This document shows, piece after piece, positions 20,890 to 31,104 of a DNA stretch of 64,000 nucleotides. The position numbers were made by a program, and so were the translations under genes. Where the stretch lies: NCBI GenBank assembly GCA_963693365.1, contig CAVNZM010000011.1, positions 1,596,989 through 1,660,988 on the forward strand, written 5' to 3'. This DNA comes from Amoebidium appalachense. Lineage: Eukaryota > Protista > Ichthyosporea. Below the pieces are notes generated by a model that saw only the letters and a list, made by a program, of their open reading frames with translations, did not search any database and was not told where the DNA came from. The number at the start of each line of letters is the position of its first letter. The stretch's first letter is position 1.

Positions 20890-23097
20890 TCAGGACGGGC
20901 CAGCTGTCTCCGCATGGTCGAACCTGACAACCACCGTGTAGCGCCCGTGCAGGGGCGCGCCCTGCTCGTCGCGGAACGCGAGCTTGACGGTCGTGAACGG
21001 CCGCGCCTGCAGGCGGGAGTACTTGGGCACGCGGGGCTCGTAGACGTTGTCGAGCGCGGCCGCGAGCGGGATGGCCGCGAGCGCCATGTTCGCCGACGTG
21101 GCGACGCCGGCGGCCACGGGCCCCGCGACGGCCTGGTCGTCGAGCGTCATGTGCACGTACACGTGCGACGGCGGGAACGGGTCGGTGATGATGAACTGCG
21201 CGTAGTCGCGGAAGATGGGGTCGGCGGGGTTGAGCAGCCCCACGAGCCCCGCGGGGCCGAACAGGTTCTTGCTGCGCGTGTTGGACCCCACGCCGATGGA
21301 CCGCGAGGCCGCGCCGGATATCGAGAACGGGCGGATGGCGTAGGTCGCGGGCTTCTGGGCCACGAGGTAGCAGTGAGACGCCGCCGAAATCGCGGGGGGC
21401 GATGAACACAGGATGATGCAGTCGGGGCAGGAGTCCGCATACAGGTCGGGGTCCAAGATGATGCCTTCGCAGAGGGCCCTGCAGTCTTCCGACAAAGCCA
21501 AATCTACCATCCCAGCGTTGGTCGACGCGTACAGCACGGCCAGCAGAAAAACCTCGAGCGGCCACGTGCACGTGGGCGCCCGTGGGTCGGGGGTCAACGT
21601 CTTGATCTTCTGGGCGAGGCTGGTCCGTGTGTGGCCGGTGAACATGGGCGCCACCGACAAGGAGTATCGCCAGGTGGGTATGGTCTGTCCGCTATTTTCT
21701 AAGAATCTGAGCTCAAATACTGCTGCCGGGGGGACATTCCCCGGCTTCACGTATTGTGGCAGTGCTGTGAGTGGTACCTGATCGCGGTTTGCCTCACTCC
21801 GCGGCATCCAGACCACCCTGAACGCACACTCCCGAAACTGGAATGGCTTTCCGTCGTTATCCACGTACGTCCGCTGCGGCCTGTGGACTATGAGAAAGAC
21901 CTTAGTCTTCCACGACGGCAGGACAAATCGTGTTAGGTCTAAGATCTTCAACCGTAAATGCAAGGGCATCTCCCCTCGTTCTAATAAAGGGATTGGATCG
22001 GGGCATTCGGTTTTCAATGTGAACCGGGAGTTTGACAGGTCTGCGAAGACATCGAAGCCGAGTGGGTATTCCGTTGCGTAGTAGGTAAAACAGTACGAAC
22101 CATAAGCTTCCGGCAACACATGGCAATAGTCGGCCACCAGGGTTGGGCGTTTCTGGTCGCCCTGCGGACAGAACAGCGACGATTCGGACACGTAGGAGTC
22201 TTTCTCCACGATCATAGACTTAAGGAAGTAGTCGACGCGTTTTGTGGAAAGACAGTTGCTGGTGTAGAATATAGATTGGCAACGGTAAAATCTGGGGGCC
22301 GTGTTCAACCCGTTATTTACCATCATCAATTGTGGTCGCGCGGATTCAACGTGGAACTCGGGCCAACTGTTGTAATCATATCGCCTTTGTTGTGCTACTT
22401 CCAGCTCCATCTGATTCTTGACAGCGGGGTCGTTCCACGCTTCGCCCCAAGCTCCGTTTACGGTAAAGTCGCGTATACTGTAGAACCGACCAACTATCAA
22501 GAGCCGCAATCTGTAATCCGGGGACACTCGGAATTCTCTGAGTATTATCACAAATTCCATCGGCTCAGTCTCGGCGATGATTTTTCGGATTATCTCTCCC
22601 ACCACCCATAAACTGTCGGCCTCGTATTCCGTCTGTCGTAACGGAGCCGTCGAGATGTACTTCGGGATTCCCCACTCAAAAAACATGGGCTGGAACGGGA
22701 GGTCGGGGATGGGCTTGTAGTGGGCACTCAAGGCCAACCCAATCGCTCTCCCCGCATCGTGCTGCAGGGGGCTGGTGACATTAATCTTAAAATCGTACGC
22801 GGTGCCATTTCCCGTGTCGTGAATCCGCACGCGACCTGTGCGGCCACCCGGCCCAAACTGATTGAGTGCGTGGACGGTGGTCGTCTCAATGGTCGCCTTA
22901 CGTGCCAGCAGCGGCTGTGGCAAGCACCGCGAAAGCGTGTCTGACGCCGCACTGCCACTGGAGAATACGATCGTCGTGAATTCGTTGCCAACACCACGGA
23001 CAGGTGCACCGACCGGCCACCGTCTAGCGCCAGACTCTTTTATCTGTTTGTCCTTCCTTATAGTGCTTGTCGCCATCGCGCTCATAAACAGTTGCAT
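20890..23097 (-). CDS. Penton/minor capsid-like protein with large insertion
   Basis: C-terminus HVYVHM..LAAIPL..TTVKLAFRDEQGAPL..YTVVVRF resembles single-jelly-roll penton ends and parallels ORF 37,486-38,844. Confidence 0.55.
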   Translation of the reverse strand: MQLFMSAMATSTIRKDKQIKESGARRWPVGAPVRGVGNEFTTIVFSSGSAASDTLSRCLPQPLLARKATIETTTVHALNQFGPGGRTGRVRIHDTGNGTAYDFKINVTSPLQHDAGRAIGLALSAHYKPIPDLPFQPMFFEWGIPKYISTAPLRQTEYEADSLWVVGEIIRKIIAETEPMEFVIILREFRVSPDYRLRLLIVGRFYSIRDFTVNGAWGEAWNDPAVKNQMELEVAQQRRYDYNSWPEFHVESARPQLMMVNNGLNTAPRFYRCQSIFYTSNCLSTKRVDYFLKSMIVEKDSYVSESSLFCPQGDQKRPTLVADYCHVLPEAYGSYCFTYYATEYPLGFDVFADLSNSRFTLKTECPDPIPLLERGEMPLHLRLKILDLTRFVLPSWKTKVFLIVHRPQRTYVDNDGKPFQFRECAFRVVWMPRSEANRDQVPLTALPQYVKPGNVPPAAVFELRFLENSGQTIPTWRYSLSVAPMFTGHTRTSLAQKIKTLTPDPRAPTCTWPLEVFLLAVLYASTNAGMVDLALSEDCRALCEGIILDPDLYADSCPDCIILCSSPPAISAASHCYLVAQKPATYAIRPFSISGAASRSIGVGSNTRSKNLFGPAGLVGLLNPADPIFRDYAQFIITDPFPPSHVYVHMTLDDQAVAGPVAAGVATSANMALAAIPLAAALDNVYEPRVPKYSRLQARPFTTVKLAFRDEQGAPLHGRYTVVVRFDHAETAGPS

Positions 23098-23154
23098 ACA
23101 AAAACGCGCGCCCCGAACAGGCGGCCGGGTGAGCGACTTGTATCGCACTTGGCC

Positions 23155-23180
23155 AGCTTAGCAAATATCATTGCAGCAGT
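23155..23180 (+). repeat. 26-bp perfect direct repeat, copy 2
   Basis: Identical to 18,905-18,930. Confidence 0.92.
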
Positions 23181-23588
23181 GCTCCGGTATGACTCTGCGG
23201 GCCACAAAGTTGCTATGATGGTCTTAATTAAACCTCCGGTGTGTATGCCATAAGATCTGGAGGTATGGCGTTAAACAAATAGCCTCCAAACAGGTAGAGG
23301 CCGGTAAAGACTGACGCGTAATCTTTCATGACTTCATTCTCTGCGACCGCGCGTATGTCCGGGGTGACAAACGCATCGGGGAGATGTTCTCGGTCCACCA
23401 CCATCGCCGGCGTGCCCGCCTCGAGCTCCATCGTGCCTCTCCAGCGCCTCCAGCTCCCTGCGCTTGACCTCGCCCGGGTCGCCGAGCTTCGCCATGTCAT
23501 CCATGCACTGCAGCGCACATTTTCTCGCGGATCTGCAAAAGAAAGCCCCGCGGCGCCGCGTGCACCATGTTTTTGCGGGCACCTGCAA

Positions 23589-23825
23589 ATGCTAAAGGAA
23601 AGCACGGGCATCACCGACTCGCACGTCAAGGCGCTCATCGGCGGCGACCTGTACAAGTCGTACCCCTCGGCCGACCCCGCGTGGCTCAAGCAGGTCGCCG
23701 ACTACAACCTCAAGTACATCATGTGCCGCTACCAGGGCAACTGCCGCGGGCTCGTGCCGGGCAGCAGGAAGAGCAAGCGCAAGTGCTGCCGCAAGCGCTG
23801 CTGGTCCAAGCTCAAGAAGGTGTAG
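23589..23825 (+). CDS. Small basic Cys-rich protein (MLKESTG...CCRKRCWSKLKKV)
   Basis: CAAATG start and strong GC3 bias. Confidence 0.6.
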   Translation: MLKESTGITDSHVKALIGGDLYKSYPSADPAWLKQVADYNLKYIMCRYQGNCRGLVPGSRKSKRKCCRKRCWSKLKKV

Positions 23826-23892
23826 GCCCCGATCTAGACAAATAACCGCGTTTGTGCCGCGCACCGCGGACATTGTGGGCGTTGTAGGTAAC

Positions 23893-24474
23893 ATGCGCCA
23901 CATCAAACGACAGAAGCGCCGCGCCACCAGCACGCTGCGCCGCCGCCGCCGCCGCCGCCGCACGTCCAACGCGCTCTCTGGCTGCGCGTGCACGCGGCGC
24001 TCGACGTCGCACTCGGGCCCGGCCGCGGCCGCGGGCGTGCGGCGCACGACGACGCGCCACGGCAAGGTGCCGGTGTTCCTGGTGCCCGAGTGCAGCAAGA
24101 CGCACACCGTGACGGTGCGCGTGCAGGGCCAGGCCAAGACGTTCAAGCTCGTGTACGACGCGGGGTCCGAGAACAGCTACGTGGACCTGGAGGTGGCCAA
24201 CGCCTGGGGCCTGATGGACGGCCGCAAGCCGCTGGTCCCGCACACCGAGTCCAACACGATCGACTCCAACGGCAACATCCACAAGAGCCTGCGGCTCACG
24301 GTGACGCTCGAGATCCTGTGCCCCGACGGTGCCTGGTACCCTTCCAAGGGCGCACTCGAGGTGTGTCTGGATCGCAAGACAAACAAGCACGGACGGCTGT
24401 TCGGCGTTTCTCATATGCGCACATTACGCGAGAGTGTACGCTACGTGGTTGACTACCAGGTGTGTCGGCGGTAG
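23893..24474 (+). CDS. Retropepsin-like aspartic protease with Arg-rich N-terminus (DAG variant active site)
   Basis: VTVRVQG..FKLVYDAGSENSYVDLEVANAWGL..LFG matches the Asp_protease_2 pattern. Confidence 0.68.
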   Translation: MRHIKRQKRRATSTLRRRRRRRRTSNALSGCACTRRSTSHSGPAAAAGVRRTTTRHGKVPVFLVPECSKTHTVTVRVQGQAKTFKLVYDAGSENSYVDLEVANAWGLMDGRKPLVPHTESNTIDSNGNIHKSLRLTVTLEILCPDGAWYPSKGALEVCLDRKTNKHGRLFGVSHMRTLRESVRYVVDYQVCRR

Positions 24475-24480
24475 GGCGCA

Positions 24481-24551
24481 AACCAATATCCCTCCACAGG
24501 CAGGGTATAAAAAGGTGACGCACAGGCAAATACCGTCAGTGTGCACACACC
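24481..24551 (+). promoter_or_regulatory. Pol II-type promoter: CCAAT, TATAAAA (24,506), Inr-like TCAGT (24,536)
   Basis: 30-bp TATA-to-TCAGT spacing, repeated upstream of the paralog at 31,604-31,638. Confidence 0.65.
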
Positions 24552-24770
24552 ATGGCAAGTGAACAGAACAAGAAAGTCGACGTGTCGCTTCTCTGGAAGG
24601 AGTTCCCACAGTTCGAGGGCTCTCAGTTCAGGGTGCATGGAGAGGGGATGTCGGGCCGCGAGCCCGAGACCACGCAGATGGTGGTCAACGGCGACGTCCG
24701 CACGGTCAAGCTGTACCCCGCGGGCTTCCTGGAGAGGCACGCGCTGTTAAAGCGTTTTCCGCGCTCATGA
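24552..24770 (+). CDS. Miniature internally deleted paralog of the Bro-N-like gene at 31,649
   Basis: MASEQNKKVDVSLLWKEFPQF vs MAAEQNSKVDMSLLSKDFPQF; EPETTQMVVNGDVRTVKLYP vs EPEETMMMVQGDMRPVKVYP. Confidence 0.75.
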   Translation: MASEQNKKVDVSLLWKEFPQFEGSQFRVHGEGMSGREPETTQMVVNGDVRTVKLYPAGFLERHALLKRFPRS

Positions 24771-25074
24771 CGCGGATGCGATTGGATAACAGCAAACGGC
24801 CAATCAGCATGGCAAAACACGCGCGCGCCAATAAATGTCAGTCCACACGCGCATTCAAGCATGCTTGTCGTTTTTCATTGGTTTCGTTCCTTATCTGTGC
24901 CATGGCGTTCGTGGATGAGTGGAAGAATTCCTTTGTCAGGTGCGATGGCGCCGACTTGGAGTGTCTCGTCGCCGTTAACGACCCCCCCGGGACGTACCCG
25001 CCACTACCAACATTCGCAATCACAAGCAGGAGATTGCTAAATGGAGAAAGTACCTTGATTCTCTTGATCCGGCA

Positions 25075-26491
25075 ATGCGAGTCCGCATTACCCTACGCGA
25101 CGAGCACGCGCACTCTCCGATCGGCTTTTGCAACATGACCGCCGCCCAACTGAAAGCCAGTCTTTACCACATGTTCTACGAGAAGCTCGAAGACACGTAC
25201 GAATCAATGCAAGATCCCTTCTCCGACGAGGACCCTGACGATCACACCAGGCACGTCGGGCGGTACCTGAATCTCACACCCCCCTCGCTCGAGGATCCCT
25301 TTGCGCTCGACCTGGCCGAGGCCAGGCGCCAGATGGACGCCGCAGGGTTCAAGCTGGGTGGCCTCGCCGTCGCTGTCGTTTACCGCGTCCCGGGGCAAAA
25401 CTCCTACAACGAAAGACCCGAGCTCCTGAGCCGGCTGGTCCTCTTCAAGACCGATGACGGTCGCTACTTCAACATCACGAGTTTCTCGGACGACTACGCC
25501 GACGAGATCCCAACCCCCTTCGAAGCCATCGACGGCGTCGCCGACGCCGACGCGGTCTACCTGCACATCGAGCCGGTCGTCGAAGGGTACATTCGCGGCC
25601 GCTCGTACCGCGAACCGTGGTTGCCTGGCGCGTGGCCCAAGTTACGCCTCGTCTTTGCGCTGGGCCAGCGCGACCCCAGTGCAGTCCGCGGTCGCGCCGT
25701 CCTTGACCGAGGCGCGCTGTTGGCGATCGTCCACGCCATGTGCAACGGCCGGCCTGATCTGGAACCCCGCCCCCCGGCCACCGATAAGCCCCGCGAGCCC
25801 GACGAGCCACGTTCTCCGCCCCCCAAGCGCGCGAAGCTGACCGACCCCAGCGACCCCGACGAACCCAACCAGCCCCCGAGCCCCCGCCCCACCGCGTCCC
25901 TGTGGCTGCGCGTGCGCGCCAGCGACGATTCCTTCGAAGGCCCCGGTGTCGACACCTCCTTCGAAGCCTGCGAGCAGCTCGACGACTACAAGGCCAGCAT
26001 GGTCGTCAGGGACCCCCGTTCGTGACGAGTACATCATCAACACGCCCAGGCTGACCGCCATCCTGTCCGATGACTATGTGATGGTTGTCGACAAGCGGGG
26101 CATCAACTTCGAAGACCCATACAACTCGGAGGAGGGGCCACACGGCGACGGCCCGCCCCCGAACCGCCTAGAGATGTGCCTCGCCTACGGCGCAGGCGTT
26201 GCGAAATTCGGCATAGCCGATCTGGACAAGGATCCTAATTCCAAGGACATGGACAACGCCCCGAAGCCCAAAGACACGTATCCCCTGTGGCGCCAGATGG
26301 TGGGTCTGATTGCAAGGTACGAGTCTGGGCCGATGGCCACGCTCCTGAGCTACCAGGACCGCGACTTCCTCACGTTCTTCGCCCACGTCTCGCCCTCTGC
26401 GCCCGCCCGCGCCCAGGCCATTCGAATCCTCAACGAGCGGTATGCCCAAGACGACGACAAGGAGGATGTCATCGTGTGCCCCATCATGTGA
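25075..26491 (+). CDS. Hypothetical protein; ORFs 25,075-26,025 and 25,946-26,491 probably one gene with a frameshift at the C-run near 26,015
   Basis: Continuous coding-like composition across the two frames. Confidence 0.6.
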
Positions 26492-26716
26492 TGTTTATAG
26501 GCGCGATTTCAGGTCTCAAGATGTGTGATTGGTCGACGTGTTCAGATCTACCAATCCAATTATACCCTTGCCCAGTAGTTTTGGATTGGTAGATTCGGAA
26601 TCAGCATCACCATTCATTGGTTGATGGGCTGGCGGGCATCTCTGATTGGTGGGGCCTACGCATATCGCGTGTATATAATCACCACACGACAGCACATTTC
26701 ATCATCACATGCACAC

Positions 26717-27121
26717 ATGTCATACACCACAATGGATATAGACATTGACATGATCTTGGACACCATCCGTCTGGCCTACCCGGATGTCGCGCGGCTGACC
26801 GAGGACGAAAAGACCAGGCTCGTCCAGCTGATGGCTGACAGCAACAACACGGGCCCCCCGTTTGAACGCTTGTGCGCCGTCTGGGGATCCGTGACCAACG
26901 GCATCGTCACCCCCGATCTCCGCACCCGGCCCGACCCCAGCGACGCCACCTCTGTGATCTGCCACGGTATAAGGGGCCTCGGTGCGGAGATCATAAGGCT
27001 GCGCCGGGAGAAAGATGTCATCAACCAGGCCTTGGTTGAAATGCAGCGCACTTTAGACGACCGCCGCCTGGCAAAGCGCCGCCACTATGAATCCGAGCCG
27101 CAGCTGACAGACGCCGAATAA
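26717..27121 (+). CDS. Hypothetical protein with C-terminal coiled coil
   Basis: ATTGG cluster and TATATAA (~26,672) upstream; AATAAA at the stop. Confidence 0.65.
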   Translation: MSYTTMDIDIDMILDTIRLAYPDVARLTEDEKTRLVQLMADSNNTGPPFERLCAVWGSVTNGIVTPDLRTRPDPSDATSVICHGIRGLGAEIIRLRREKDVINQALVEMQRTLDDRRLAKRRHYESEPQLTDAE

Positions 27122-27186
27122 ACCCGACTGTGCGGGCGGTGCCTGTGGCCCCCTCCCAGTCGACAATAAACTAGTATTCGCAAACC

Positions 27187-27630
27187 ATGCCCCCCCCCCC
27201 ATGCCCCCCCCCCCCCCTGATTGCATCGCTTGTCACTTTTCTTGTCATCTTGTCTTGACATGGTTTGTTGTCTGTTGTCTCTCGTGCCCACCTCAGGCCC
27301 CGAGGTGCCCGAGGGGCCCGCGAGGCCCGTGTGGCCCGTGTGGCCCGCGAGGCCTTTTTCGTGTGGCCTGTGTGGCCCGCGCGCAGAACGTCGTGTGTGT
27401 GTGTGCGCGCGCGGTGCATGTGTGCCTCGCATGCAGAACGTCTGTGTGTGTTGTGTGTGCCTTGTGTGCGCGCGGCGCGTGTGCCTCGCATGCCTCGCAT
27501 GCCTCGCATGCCTCGTGGGTGGGTGGGGGGGGGGGTGTGGGTCCGTGTTCCGAGTTCAAGTTGTGCGTTTACTTGGTTCCTCGTGGGCCCCTCCCAGCCA
27601 CCCCCAGCCACCCGGGCCCCGGGGGGAGGT
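27187..27630. repeat. Low-complexity repeat block (poly-C, GGCCCGTGT and TGCCTCGCA 9-mers, GT runs)
   Basis: Tandem 9-mers at ~27,295-27,380 and 27,481-27,515. Confidence 0.8.
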
Positions 27631-27639
27631 GTCACGCCA

Positions 27640-28053
27640 TCAACGCCCAGATTTCCGAGCTTCCGGTGTAGCGGCGGATGCCGTGTGCACGGATGGGGGG
27701 GCGTTGTGAGGCCCAACTGGAAACAGCCCGTACAGGATGTCCTCCTCGCACGTCACCAGGATCTCGTGCTTGTCCATGATCTTCATGGCGTGCGCGATGG
27801 TTTCGGCGGGCACGGGCCGGCCGTGGTTGAACAGGTGCACGCGCATCTCCTTGTCGGGGTGGAAGTGGTGGTTGGCCAGCACGTTCGCCATGGCTGTCTT
27901 CCAGCCCGCCAGCTGCTCGACCTGGACGATCTGGTGGTCCGTCAGCACGTCGATGCGCCCGACCTTGGTGAGCGCCTCCTCGACGCCTTCCAGCCGGTCG
28001 GCCAGCTCGTATACGACCATGTTCCGTGTGAACTCAAGCTCGGTGTCCGTCAT
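27640..28053 (-). CDS. Degenerate restriction-endonuclease-fold protein
   Basis: GRIDVLT..IVQVE..WKTAMANVL..PDK..VHLF resembles the viral GRID..IEVK..WK.A.GQ family with catalytic residues altered. Confidence 0.6.
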   Translation of the reverse strand: MTDTELEFTRNMVVYELADRLEGVEEALTKVGRIDVLTDHQIVQVEQLAGWKTAMANVLANHHFHPDKEMRVHLFNHGRPVPAETIAHAMKIMDKHEILVTCEEDILYGLFPVGPHNAPPSVHTASAATPEARKSGR

Positions 28054-28089
28054 CACATACCGCACACATAAAATTCGCGTGCCGCCCCA

Positions 28090-28260
28090 AGGCCTGGCAA
28101 CCCTCCCAGTCACACTGAAAAGGTAGTTCCCCAGTGTGGAGCCGATAATGAAGCTCCAAAGTAGAACGTTGTGTAAACCCCCTTAAACATCCAGGCCAAA
28201 GGCATACATGTGGCCTCTGACCTGTGTGCGTAAGACGATGTCGCTGGAGGGCTGCTCTCG
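28090..28260 (-). pseudogene. C2H2 zinc-finger gene fragment
   Basis: HRLTHTGQRPHVCLWPGC..F..L..HYRLHTGELPFQCDWEGC; truncated at both ends. Confidence 0.8.
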
Positions 28261-28269
28261 AAGGGTCTC

Positions 28270-28830
28270 CCACAGGTCTCTCCCCTTATCCCCTTATTAA
28301 TTAGCCATTTATAGAAATAGAGTTAAGAAACTTTATTTTGATTTGTTCTTGTTAATTAACACGTGACATTTATCCAATGATTATCCCTTTATCTTCCCCT
28401 TATGCTAATTAGTATAATGACAACATAATGAGAATGTAAGGAGAAAGGGAATGGGATCAGGCCTTGGATCTCGGACAACACTTTCAGGTGGTTGCAGGCC
28501 AGCCATATTAACTATGTGGACGACACTCTTCAAAGGTTCCAGCTCAGTCATATACAACATGTGCACAGAAAATATATATCCCCTCCAATCACAACAAAAC
28601 CACCGACACCACCACCAACCTACCCAAGTTACCACCAACCTACCAACAGTATTCGCGATTTCAATTAGTAGAATTAGACCCAAACGTCGATTTCACTTAT
28701 AAATAGTAGGTTGGGTAGGTTCAGTGGGTTGTTTTGGGGTTGATTCGGGCTGGGGCAAAAACAAAACGAACACCAACGATGTGTGTTTGGGGGGACCCCT
28801 CCGAGAACCTACCCAACCTACCGAAGTTAC
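28270..28830. other. Candidate replication origin: AT-rich tract plus AACCTACC iterons and a 17-bp inverted repeat
   Basis: AT-rich 28,295-28,440; GTAGGTTGGGTAGGTTC (28,706-28,722) and GAACCTACCCAACCTAC (28,805-28,821); further CCAACCTACC copies at ~28,615 and ~28,636. Confidence 0.4.
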
Positions 28831-28958
28831 CAAATCACCCAACAACCAATGAAACACGCCCGTTAAACCAAGAAACCAATCAGATGGCTTTGTTAAACTG
28901 TTTGCGCAAAACCCAAGCTACCACCAAGTGGCCGAAGTTACTGAAAGGAAGCTGGCGA

Positions 28959-31034
28959 TCACTTATGCGAAAGTATCTTCGAGAACGAAACTCGATAAGC
29001 GCGCGATGTCTTAGACACTGCCCCCACCGCCACCGATTCGCGTAGCGGTACATGCAGCGCCTCTCCAAACACCTGTGTCAGCGTAGATCCCAACCTCTTG
29101 ATGCCCACCACCCGCCGACTGTCGAGCATGTTGGCGTCGGCCCACATTCGCATCCGTTCAGCCATGCCAGTGGCTGTTACCCAGCACCCATCCGCGATTC
29201 CAAAGTCTTGTGTTCCGTCGGCTCCTTGGGCGATGTCCCTCAGAAATTGTATTTCTAGCGGCAGACTCTTCTCCATGAGCTGTTGCTTGAGCTTGGTATG
29301 GGGAGGCGGCGGCATTGTCTTAGGGACTAGTCGGGGAGGTCCAGGAAGAAGTGGAACAGTGCCTCCAACACCTCCGGCTGCCGGTGAAATTTGACGAACT
29401 CGTCGAAATACTGGAGCTGACCCACCCTGGCGCCGTTCGCCTCGAGACATATGAACCTCCGATCGGATAGCTCCACACGAACCGGCCAGTCTTCGTTTGA
29501 CAGGAAGACGTAGCGCTCGTAGTTTTTGGTGTAGATACCGTCCACGCCCTTCTTCTCCAAAAGGCTGTCTTCTTGTGTGATTAGACTTTTGATGAGGTTG
29601 TTTGCCTCATGGCACCCACCGAAGACACACTCGTCGATGACCGCCAGTAGTTTGTGGTTGAGATGGGCGTTGAACTTGCTGGATATGTGTTCCTTGTTCT
29701 TCACGTATGCGTAGTATTCCGAGCCTACCAGCGCCTTGAGTACGTCGAAGAACACGTTTTTTCCGGTTCCTTGGACTGACTTGACGAGTACTGCCGCTCC
29801 AGATTTGGTGTCGGGGTACTGGAAGATCTGAGCCACCCACTTGAGAAGGTATTCGAATGCCTCAGCGTTGCCATCGGCAAGCACCTCGAATGCGTGGCGT
29901 ATGAACATCTCGATCCCGCCATACTCCCGTACACGGTATTTCTCGAGGAGCTCATCGGGCATCACGACGACCTTCTGGCCAGGATTGGGTAGGGGATCAT
30001 GGGGCAGTCTGGACCCATGTAACGGAACCCATCGGTGTATTTGATGGGGAAACCGCGGAAGAAGTTGTACGTGAACAGGGCTCCTTGGCGGTACTTGGGG
30101 TTTGTCTCCCCTGTCTTCGGGTGTGGCGATGCGGGGTCGAACACGGCTCCCGCATAACGAGGAACATGTCTTCCGGTCATGAAGTCGAGGCCCGTGTACG
30201 TCCGTTTGATTTCCGCTCTCACCCTCCATCCACTCAACCACGAAACCCTGCATGGTGCATCGCATGTCCTTCTCGGTCAACGTCTTGAGCGTGTACACGC
30301 TTTTGTCGTGACACCAGACCTTCAAGAGGTAGAGCGACGTGCCGTTGATCTTTCCCACCCACTTCTGCAGATACTCGACGAGCTCGGTTTCCTGCCAGGT
30401 GGTTGGCAGCAGGTCCGGCATGAACTCGTATCCGCCAGGGGGATCGGTTGACTCCTGCTCCAGAACCCTGAATCACCTCCTCGATGAGGGTCTCCCGTTT
30501 CTGGTCTTTCTTTGTAGCCGTGGCGGGCACGGCTGCCGTGTTCGCTGCTGCGCCATAGATGGTCGTGTGGGCCCCCTGACTCCAGTGGGTTGCGGACGTC
30601 CAGTCGAGAATAGGGTTCATCACTACCCTGTTAGCAGAAGGAAATTTCTCCTTGGCCCACGACTTGAGCGCGGCCCTGTTTGGTCCGGGGGGTGGGTGGC
30701 GGGTGTTGCACTCGTAGTGCGCGGTCTTGTGGCGCTTGGACTGACGCGTGGTTATTTCAGCATAAACCACGCCAAACTGTCGCTTGAGGGAGTCGACGAG
30801 GTCCTTGTGCTCAAATGGCTCGTTGTCCACCGTAACTTCGCGGGACCCCTGGGGTGCGAACACCGCGAGGTACCAGTCTGGGCAGGCACTGCGGCGCGAG
30901 AGTCCTTGGTTGGCCTGGAGGGGTTGGTCTGCACCTTCGCAGCAAACCTCGTATTCGGGCTTCTTGTCGGCACCCTCGTTGTCGGCGTCCCTGCCCTGTC
31001 CCTGGTGCATGGTTTCGGTAGATGCCATTGTCAT
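28959..31034 (-). pseudogene. SF3 helicase (D5/NrS-1-like, DUF5906-type) with several frameshifts
   Basis: Walker A QGTGKN, FNAHL..KLLAVIDE (Walker B), FLSNE..DRRF (motif C, Arg finger); pieces lie in different frames. Confidence 0.88.
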
Positions 31035-31104
31035 AGGGTATAGATAATATTTTTTGGACCTGGATGGTGAATCCAATCCGGTTTTTTGTGTGCCTAATAG
31101 AGGG

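Noticed and set aside
23228-23570. Minus-strand gene next to the second 26-bp repeat
   Set aside because: Fragments in several frames with no recognisable motif; probably a decayed gene, not called.
23893-24474. LTR retrotransposon
   Set aside because: No gag, RT, integrase or LTRs near the protease-like ORF.
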